NCBI GenBank assembly: GCA_002412545.1
Contig: DHVG01000002.1
Coordinates: 130,095 to 194,094, forward strand
DNA length: 64,000 nt
Direction: 5' to 3'
DNA from: Elusimicrobia bacterium UBA5214
GTDB taxonomy: Bacteria > Elusimicrobiota > UBA5214
Shown piece by piece: positions 57,548 through 64,000 of the stretch. The notes under the pieces were generated by a model that searched no databases, was not told the origin of the DNA, and saw only the letters and a program-made list of their open reading frames with translations. Within the stretch, counting starts at the first letter, position 1. Every line of letters begins with the position of its first letter. A program made the translations under genes and the position numbers.

Positions 57548-59254
57548 TCATTTCAAAATCGTGATTCCATATTTATCTATTAATATTTTTGTAGTTTTGT
57601 CTATTAATAAATCTTTTTCTACGCTTTTGGCGGAAATCAATTGCTCAGGTAGTTTATCTATTTTCACCCAGTTTCCTTCTACAAATTTAGCAATTTGTTC
57701 AATTTTATGCGGATAAAGTATACCCTGATGCCAAGGTTCCCAATTTGTTTTGTAACCTTGCGCATAGAGTATACCATCACTCAAATAAATATTTTCTACA
57801 TAAAAATTAGGCGAAATCGTTCGTAGAGCCAAAGTTGAAACATTTATTTCATCAATTTCGGAATACTTCTCACCTTCCATTTCAGGGTAGATTCTCAAAA
57901 TATAAATTAAATTTTCTGTTCCAAGTACATAGTTCCTGTCAGGTGCGGAGTAGAGTCTGTAGTTATTTGAACCACTTATATGTTTGATAGTTAAGCTATC
58001 TAAGTCTAATATATCCAACCCACGATTCGTTTGCATAAGCACTTTTTTTCCAAGAGAAGTAATTAGTATTTCATACCTCATGGGTTCTTGTACAAATTGG
58101 GCAATTTCCATTATCCATCTCTGTTCATCAAGGGAAAATATTTTATTTCTAAGCACAAAATTCTTATGCATACCGAAATAAGGAATTTTCTCCATCATAT
58201 CTAATTGTGGAATTTTACTTAATTTATTTACAATTTTTTCCATTTTTTCTTCAGAGTAATCTTCAAAATATTTTTTTAGGTCTGAATCTTGATGGTATCG
58301 TTTGTAGCCATCTTGGTATCCTCTTAGAAATCTTGCTAAGTCAAATCTTGGGTAAGATTTAATCATAGAAATATCGTTGAGCAACCTGTCAATCGTTTCT
58401 TCTGTCTGAATTAGTCGGAATATCTTCCATTTTCCGTTATTCTTGTCGTATTCCGCTATTCTCGTATCATAATAATTTTGGAAACCAACAAGAACCCAAG
58501 CATATTTAGGAGATACAACAAAACAGTCTATAGTGGCATATGGACTTTGATCCCCCATTAATTCGTCATGATGATAAGTCTTCCATTCCCCAGAGATTTT
58601 ATTGTAGCAAAGCAATACACCCTTTGACCTCCTCTCAGCAAATGGTACAATCCATACGAAAGTAGTTTCAATAACTGCATAATTATTACCCGGTGGTTCA
58701 TCTATTCCTAATTTAGTATATATATGATTCAAGTTCTCCCACAGACCGATTTTAGTGTCATAAATATCGATACGATGGAAACTTGATATCCAGATGGTTT
58801 CTGTTTTCTGGTCATATACAAACTTTAAATTTTCATTTGCTCCGAATTCCGTGCTTTGACTTACCTTAAAATCATCTACAAATTGTTTGCTGGTTAAATC
58901 AAAAATCTTAATTCCATCGCGCCAAGTTCCCACCCATAATTTGTTTTCTATTTTGGCAAGTGAGGAAATTCCACTCTCTGATTTTGGCAGTCGGTATACC
59001 AAAAGGCCGTTGTCCGAAGGATTAAACTCACCTAAACCGCTTGTAAGAGGTAGGTACCATCTTCCTTCGAATTCTACTGCCGCGGCACCATTAATTGCGG
59101 TAGTATTAGGCAACCAAATTGTTTTTCCATCGGTTTGGTAAAGAGGAACAAATTGAGGCGGGAAATCTTCACCAAAACAAATACTACAACAAATAAATAA
59201 CATATTTAACCAGAATACTATTTTTGTTAGTTTTAACATTTTTTCAAATTTCAT
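57548..59254 (-). CDS. Secreted 568-aa hypothetical protein (possible beta-propeller repeats) embedded between pyrK and pyrD
   Basis: Signal peptide MKFEKMLKLTKIVFWLNMLFICCSICFG. Repeated W.GTW.DGI.IFD / IWISSFHRIDIYD-like blades. Its start overlaps the pyrK stop (ATGA). Confidence 0.5.
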   Translation of the reverse strand: MKFEKMLKLTKIVFWLNMLFICCSICFGEDFPPQFVPLYQTDGKTIWLPNTTAINGAAAVEFEGRWYLPLTSGLGEFNPSDNGLLVYRLPKSESGISSLAKIENKLWVGTWRDGIKIFDLTSKQFVDDFKVSQSTEFGANENLKFVYDQKTETIWISSFHRIDIYDTKIGLWENLNHIYTKLGIDEPPGNNYAVIETTFVWIVPFAERRSKGVLLCYNKISGEWKTYHHDELMGDQSPYATIDCFVVSPKYAWVLVGFQNYYDTRIAEYDKNNGKWKIFRLIQTEETIDRLLNDISMIKSYPRFDLARFLRGYQDGYKRYHQDSDLKKYFEDYSEEKMEKIVNKLSKIPQLDMMEKIPYFGMHKNFVLRNKIFSLDEQRWIMEIAQFVQEPMRYEILITSLGKKVLMQTNRGLDILDLDSLTIKHISGSNNYRLYSAPDRNYVLGTENLIYILRIYPEMEGEKYSEIDEINVSTLALRTISPNFYVENIYLSDGILYAQGYKTNWEPWHQGILYPHKIEQIAKFVEGNWVKIDKLPEQLISAKSVEKDLLIDKTTKILIDKYGITILK

Positions 59255-60105
59255 TCCCAGATTATTTGATTTGCTTCAAAAACTGGTCCATCTTTACAGA
59301 CGGTCTTGTAGACGAAATGCTGGTGGCTAGTGGTTAGTGATTGATGGCTGGTTTTCACAACACATCCTCGGCAAGCACCAAGACCACAAGCCATCATTGC
59401 TTCTAAAGATACCTGATAGGGAATTTTGTATTTTTGTGTAATTTTAGCAATTTCTTTTAGCATTGCATAGGGACCACAAGCATATATATTAGTTATGAGT
59501 GATGAGTTATGAGTTATGAGTGAATTTCTGAACAGGTCAGTGACAAGACCTTTATAACCAAGGGAACCGTCTTCAGTAGCGAGTTTAACCTGGCAACCAA
59601 GTTTTTTGAAATTATCAATGCAGAGGAGGTCGTTTTTTGTTTTTGCACCAAGGAAAACAGTTAAAGGTGTAAGGTGTGAAGTGTAAAGTGTAATTAACTT
59701 CTGAGCAAGGAAGAGAAGTGAGGCGACACCGGTGCCACCGGCGATGAGGATGGGTGATTGGGTGATTGGGTGATTGAGTGATTGAGTAAAACCGTTACCG
59801 AGGGGACCAAGCACATCTAAAGTATTACCTTTTTTCTTTCGGGATAAGAGTTCAGTTCCTTTACCGACAACTTTGTAGATTATTTCAACCTGATTTTTTT
59901 TGACTTTCGCGATACTGAAAGGACGACGAAGGTAAGTACCTTCTCCACAATAAATATGGACAAATTGTCCCGGTTGAGCAATTTGGGCAATCTGTGGGGC
60001 AGAAAAAATTAAACGAAAATAGCCGGATGAGATTTCTTTCTGGTCAGTGATTAAGGATTGTAAATGATAAACTTTATTCTGAATAGACAATTTTGCCGTT
60101 AACAA
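59251..60105 (-). CDS. pyrK: Dihydroorotate dehydrogenase electron-transfer subunit
   Basis: FAD/NAD-binding FNR-like fold (RPFSIA, GGTGVA) and a C-terminal 2Fe-2S Cys cluster (CGLGACRGC). It holds four separate in-frame tandem-repeat insertions. Confidence 0.8.
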   Translation of the reverse strand: MLTAKLSIQNKVYHLQSLITDQKEISSGYFRLIFSAPQIAQIAQPGQFVHIYCGEGTYLRRPFSIAKVKKNQVEIIYKVVGKGTELLSRKKKGNTLDVLGPLGNGFTQSLNHPITQSPILIAGGTGVASLLFLAQKLITLYTSHLTPLTVFLGAKTKNDLLCIDNFKKLGCQVKLATEDGSLGYKGLVTDLFRNSLITHNSSLITNIYACGPYAMLKEIAKITQKYKIPYQVSLEAMMACGLGACRGCVVKTSHQSLTTSHQHFVYKTVCKDGPVFEANQIIWE

Positions 60106-61354
60106 TAGTATTGACTACCTTACCCGTTACCTGCCAGCCAAGAAAAGGTGAATTTTTACTTTTGGAAACAAAATTTTCTACTTTCCATTTCTTGTTCAAG
60201 TCAACAATGGTAATATCGGCTGGAGAACCAGGTTTCAGTTGTCCGGAGTTGAGTTTCAAAACTTGTGCCGGATTAATCGTGACTTTGGCGATTGCTTCCA
60301 TTAACGAGATAATTTTCTTATTTACTAATTCAGTAACCACCAAGGAAAGTAAAGTTTCCAAACCGATAATCCCAAACGGTGCTAAATCGTATTCTTTATT
60401 TTTTTCTTCTTCAGTATGTGGTGCATGGTCAGTAGCGATACAGTCAATTGTTCCGTCTGTTAATCCCTTTTTGATTGCTTCCACATCTTCTTTCGTTCTT
60501 AAAGGAGGATTAACTTTTGTATTTGTGTCAAATTGAGAAACTTTCTCTTCAGTAAGAGTGAAATATTGTGGTGCAGTTTCACAGGTAACCCGGATACCTC
60601 GTTTTTTTGCTTGCCGGATTAGTTCTACCGAGCCAGCAGTAGAAATATGAGCAATATGCAAATGCCCACTGGTAAGTTCAGCTAAGATTATATCCCTTGC
60701 TACCATTGCTTCTTCGGCTTCTTTTGGTATCCCGTGGAGACCTAAAATTGTAGAATAGTATCCTTCATTCATTGCTCCATCTTTAGATAAATTTTTGTCT
60801 TCACAATGGGAAATTACTGGCAAGTCAAACATTTTTGCATATTCTAATGCCCGACGCATAATCAGACTATTCATTACTGTTTCACCGTCATCAGAAATTG
60901 CTACGATGCCGGCTTTTTTCAATTCACCAATTTCGGATAATTCTTCACCTAACGAACCTTTAGTGATTGCACCAATTGGTAAAACATTGACCACACCTTC
61001 ATTTTTTGCTTTGAGCAGAATAAATTCAACCGTGGTTTGGTCGTCAATTACTGGATGAGTATTTGGCATACAACAGACGGTAGTAATACCACCTTTTGCT
61101 GCTGCCCGTGTCCCAGTAGCAATCGTCTCTTCTTCTTCATGTCCGGGTTCACGCAAATGGGTATGCATATCAATAAGTCCGGGAATAACAATTTTACCTT
61201 TAGCATCAATGACTTTTATGGCTGATGGCTGTTGGCTGATGGCTGATGGCTTACCGATAGAAACAATTTTGCTATCTTCAACTAAAATATCGGTGATTCT
61301 GTTCGTTTTACTTGCCGGGTCAATTACTCTACCACTTTTAACGAGCAACTTCAT
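60074..61354 (-). CDS. pyrC: Dihydroorotase
   Basis: Amidohydrolase metal ligands DMHTHLREPG, ...HxH and D...H. In-frame AGCCATC repeat at 61213-61245. Confidence 0.85.
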   Translation of the reverse strand: MKLLVKSGRVIDPASKTNRITDILVEDSKIVSIGKPSAISQQPSAIKVIDAKGKIVIPGLIDMHTHLREPGHEEEETIATGTRAAAKGGITTVCCMPNTHPVIDDQTTVEFILLKAKNEGVVNVLPIGAITKGSLGEELSEIGELKKAGIVAISDDGETVMNSLIMRRALEYAKMFDLPVISHCEDKNLSKDGAMNEGYYSTILGLHGIPKEAEEAMVARDIILAELTSGHLHIAHISTAGSVELIRQAKKRGIRVTCETAPQYFTLTEEKVSQFDTNTKVNPPLRTKEDVEAIKKGLTDGTIDCIATDHAPHTEEEKNKEYDLAPFGIIGLETLLSLVVTELVNKKIISLMEAIAKVTINPAQVLKLNSGQLKPGSPADITIVDLNKKWKVENFVSKSKNSPFLGWQVTGKVVNTIVNGKIVYSE

Positions 61355-62292
61355 TAACCACCTCCGCCTAAAAGATACAGCACTGCCATCCGAATCGCAA
61401 TACCGTTAGTTACCTGTTCTTGAATTACTGAAGATGGACCGTCAGCAACTTCCGATGAAATTTCTATTCCTCGGTTCAATGGTCCGGGATGCATTACTAA
61501 GACATCCTCTTTTGCCGCAGCCAGCCGTTCTTTAGTTATTCCGTAGAGTAAAGTATATTCGTGCAAGGAAGGGAAAAAGTAACTCTGTTGTTGTCGTTCA
61601 AGTTGCACCCGTAAGATATTAATTACATCCGCTCCGGGTAAAGCATCTTCAAGACGGTAATATATCTTTACACCTATTTTTTCTATTCCTTGTGGGATTA
61701 AGGTTGCTGGACCGACCACACATACTTCGGCACCGAGTTTAGTTAAACCCCAGATATTAGATTTTGCTACCCGACTGTGTAAAATATCACCAACAATTAC
61801 TACTTTTAAACCTTTGAGGTGATTACCTCTAATCCTTTTCTTCTTTTCTCTAATCGTGAAAATATCCAGTAATCCTTGGGTTGGGTGTTCATGTAAACCG
61901 TCACCCGCATTGATTACCGAAGCAGTAATATTCCTTGCCAAGACATTTGGTGCGCCGGACATCCCGTGACGGATAATCACAAAATCTGATTTCATCGCTT
62001 CTAAGGTTTTGCCGGTATCAATTAGACCTTCGCCTTTGACTACACTGCTTGCCGAAACGGTAATATTGATTACATCCGCACTCAACCTTTTTGCGGCAAG
62101 TTCAAAAGAAGTACGGGTGCGGGTAGAAGCTTCATAGAAGAGTAAAACCACAGTCTTACCCCGTAAGGTAGGAACTTTTTTTACTGAACGAGTAAATAAA
62201 TCTTTAAACGGGCTTGCCGTGTCTAAAATATGTTCAATTTCTTCTTTGGTAAGATATTCTAAACCTAAGAGGTCTTTGCTTTTAAGTGGCAA
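61354..62292 (-). CDS. pyrB: Aspartate carbamoyltransferase catalytic subunit
   Basis: STRTR, HPTQ and HPGP motifs. Confidence 0.9.
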   Translation of the reverse strand: MPLKSKDLLGLEYLTKEEIEHILDTASPFKDLFTRSVKKVPTLRGKTVVLLFYEASTRTRTSFELAAKRLSADVINITVSASSVVKGEGLIDTGKTLEAMKSDFVIIRHGMSGAPNVLARNITASVINAGDGLHEHPTQGLLDIFTIREKKKRIRGNHLKGLKVVIVGDILHSRVAKSNIWGLTKLGAEVCVVGPATLIPQGIEKIGVKIYYRLEDALPGADVINILRVQLERQQQSYFFPSLHEYTLLYGITKERLAAAKEDVLVMHPGPLNRGIEISSEVADGPSSVIQEQVTNGIAIRMAVLYLLGGGG

Positions 62293-62295
62293 CTT

Positions 62296-62835
62296 TTATT
62301 TCTCCCAAAGACTTACCTCATCTTTACTATCAACTTCTTTAAGTTCAACTTTGACCATTTCTTTTAAACTGGTAGAAATTTTTTTACCAATATAGTCCGC
62401 CTGAATTGGTAATTCACGATTTCCCCGGTCAATCAAGACCGCTAATTTTATTCCTTGCGGACGACCAAAATCAATTAAAGCATCTAAAGCCGAACGAATT
62501 GTCCGCCCGGTAAAAAGGACATCATCAATCAGAATAATTACTTTCTCATCTATACCGAAAGGCAATTTTGTCTCCTTCACAATCGGTTGACTGGCAACCA
62601 GACTTAAATCATCACGGTAAAGAGTAATATCAAGTATTCCCAAGGACAGATTTTTTGCACCGAGTTTTTCTAACTCTTTGGCTAAACGTTCGGCTAAAGG
62701 CACCCCACGGCAACGTATTCCGATTAAAGCAACTTTTTCTAAATTTTCTTTTTTCGCAATTTCCTGGGCAAGAGTGTTCAAAGTTTTACCAATTTCTTTA
62801 GCGGTCATTAAAACTTTCTTTTTCTTAAATTCCAT
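62296..62835 (-). CDS. pyrR: Bifunctional pyr operon regulator / uracil phosphoribosyltransferase
   Basis: PRTase motif ILIDDVLFTGRT and ~180 aa size. It is positioned at the head of the pyr genes. Confidence 0.85.
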   Translation of the reverse strand: MEFKKKKVLMTAKEIGKTLNTLAQEIAKKENLEKVALIGIRCRGVPLAERLAKELEKLGAKNLSLGILDITLYRDDLSLVASQPIVKETKLPFGIDEKVIILIDDVLFTGRTIRSALDALIDFGRPQGIKLAVLIDRGNRELPIQADYIGKKISTSLKEMVKVELKEVDSKDEVSLWEK

Positions 62836-62843
62836 TTCTACTC

Positions 62844-63350
62844 CTACTTTCGCAGCGATTCTTTAACCTTTTTTGCTTTTGCGATTACTTCAACAGTCAA
62901 CTTTTCCCGATATTTTAGCAAATTTTTTCTTATTTGTGGATACTTTAAAGAAAGAATTTCTGCCGCATAAATTGCGGCATTTTTTGCTCCCGCTTCACCA
63001 ATTGCCATTGTTCCGACCGGTATACCCGAAGGCATTTGCACAATTGAATAGAGTGAATCTTTCCCTTGAAGATATTTTGTTTCCATGGGAACACCAATTA
63101 CTGGCAACACGGTTTCTGCCGCAATTACTCCCGGTAAATGGGCAGCACCACCAGCACAGGCAATAATCACTTCAATTCCTTTCTTTTCTGCCTGGTGGAT
63201 ATAATTCCGGGTGCGTTTCGGTGTTCGATGTGCGGAAGAGATAGTCAACTCGTAAGGAATATTTAACTCTTCCAAAATTTTACATCCTGATTTTACAGTT
63301 GGTAAGTCCGAATCACTACCAAGAACAATCCCCACTAATACTTTTTTCAC
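62844..63350 (-). CDS. purE: N5-carboxyaminoimidazole ribonucleotide mutase
   Basis: VGIVLGSDSD, SAHRTP and IIACAGGAAHLPGV. Confidence 0.9.
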   Translation of the reverse strand: MKKVLVGIVLGSDSDLPTVKSGCKILEELNIPYELTISSAHRTPKRTRNYIHQAEKKGIEVIIACAGGAAHLPGVIAAETVLPVIGVPMETKYLQGKDSLYSIVQMPSGIPVGTMAIGEAGAKNAAIYAAEILSLKYPQIRKNLLKYREKLTVEVIAKAKKVKESLRK

Positions 63351-63395
63351 TCTCCATCTCTCCTTACTTTCCTAACTTTCTAACTCTTTAACTAT

Positions 63396-64000
63396 CTAAC
63401 TCCCTAACTTCCTAACTGCTTTTATCCCGATATCTCTTCGGTAATGCATCTTCTCAAATTTTATTTTTTCTACCGCGCTATATGTATTCTTTATCGCTTT
63501 TTCTATATTTTCACCTAAACCAGTTACACCGAGCACTCTCCCGCCATTGGTCACTAAAGTTGACCGTTCACCGTTCACCGTTAACCGTTTAGTGCCAGCA
63601 TGGAAAACAGTTATATTTTGCATTTTTTTCGTTTCTTCAAGACCAAATATTTCTTTACCTTTTTCGTAATCACCCGGATAGCCACCAGAAGCGAGGACGA
63701 CACAAACTGACGAACAAGCAGACTGGTGATTAGTGGTTAGTGATTGGTAATCGGACAAATTTTTGTCAATTGTGGCTAAACAGAGGTCAACTAAATCTTC
63801 ATTAAGCAAAGGTAAAGTTACCTGTGCTTCCGGGTCACCGAAACGACAATTGAACTCTAAAACTTTTGGTCCTTCTTCAGTAATCATTAAACCAAAATAG
63901 ATTATCCCCCGATAGTCCAGTTTTTCTGCATTTATCCCTTTTATAAAGTTAGCAAATATTTCTTTATCTATTTTTTTTCTAATTTTTTCGTTAATAATCG
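63396..64000 (-). CDS. purD: Phosphoribosylamine--glycine ligase (partial; the N-terminus lies beyond the window end)
   Basis: GIIYFGLMITEEGPKVLEFNCRFGDPE ATP-grasp block. The frame is open past 63887 to the window edge. Two in-frame heptamer repeats (63545-63575, 63715-63745). Confidence 0.85.
   Translation of the reverse strand, partial: IINEKIRKKIDKEIFANFIKGINAEKLDYRGIIYFGLMITEEGPKVLEFNCRFGDPEAQVTLPLLNEDLVDLCLATIDKNLSDYQSLTTNHQSACSSVCVVLASGGYPGDYEKGKEIFGLEETKKMQNITVFHAGTKRLTVNGERSTLVTNGGRVLGVTGLGENIEKAIKNTYSAVEKIKFEKMHYRRDIGIKAVRKLGS

Overview
This is an AT-rich bacterial chromosomal segment with dense, mostly intact coding regions. Gene content suggests a candidate FCB-group-like lineage: T9SS-type C-terminal sorting domain, PilT/PilB, class I two-subunit fumarase, CoaX, and a giant BadF/HgdB fusion.

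Housekeeping genes: class I fumarate hydratase alpha and beta, coaX, a giant two-ATPase CoA-enzyme activase plus HgdB-like fusion, groES-groEL with a perfect CIRCE, yggS, a B12-binding radical SAM gene, proC, pilT behind a c-di-GMP-I (GEMM) riboswitch, an octaheme cytochrome c operon, argS, rsfS, an LCP protein, nadD, proA, pdxA, a SurA-like PPIase and mfd. There is a 9-gene two-component/phosphorelay cluster ending in a PilB/GspE ATPase. A long minus-strand pur/pyr operon runs purD-purE-pyrR-pyrB-pyrC-pyrK-[secreted 568 aa]-pyrD-DUF1284-pyrF-pyrE-LarA-like-purM-membrane-PfkB kinase-purN.

Accessory region: a roughly 5 kb island between proA and pdxA carries an ORF6N/KilA-N protein, a HEPN-like (Rx4H) protein with a small transmembrane partner, a small possible wHTH protein and an MmeI-like Type IIL restriction-modification enzyme.

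The most unusual property is the repeat landscape. First, dozens of short imperfect tandem arrays with 7-8 bp units recur as a handful of families (AGCCATC, CACTYACCAC, TAGTTGA, CCGTT/AACGG, GTGATTG, GATTACGCAGAT). They sit in intergenic DNA and also in frame inside conserved genes (pyrK four times, pyrD, pyrC, purM, purD, yggS, argS, pdxA, the surA signal peptide, the BadF fusion). Second, GC-rich compound palindromic elements are inserted in frame in coding sequence (a histidine kinase, purN, pyrD, the BadF fusion), and one 21-bp core is identical at two loci in opposite orientation. This resembles Rickettsia-type in-frame palindromic elements but appears to be a distinct family. I found no tRNA, rRNA or CRISPR.
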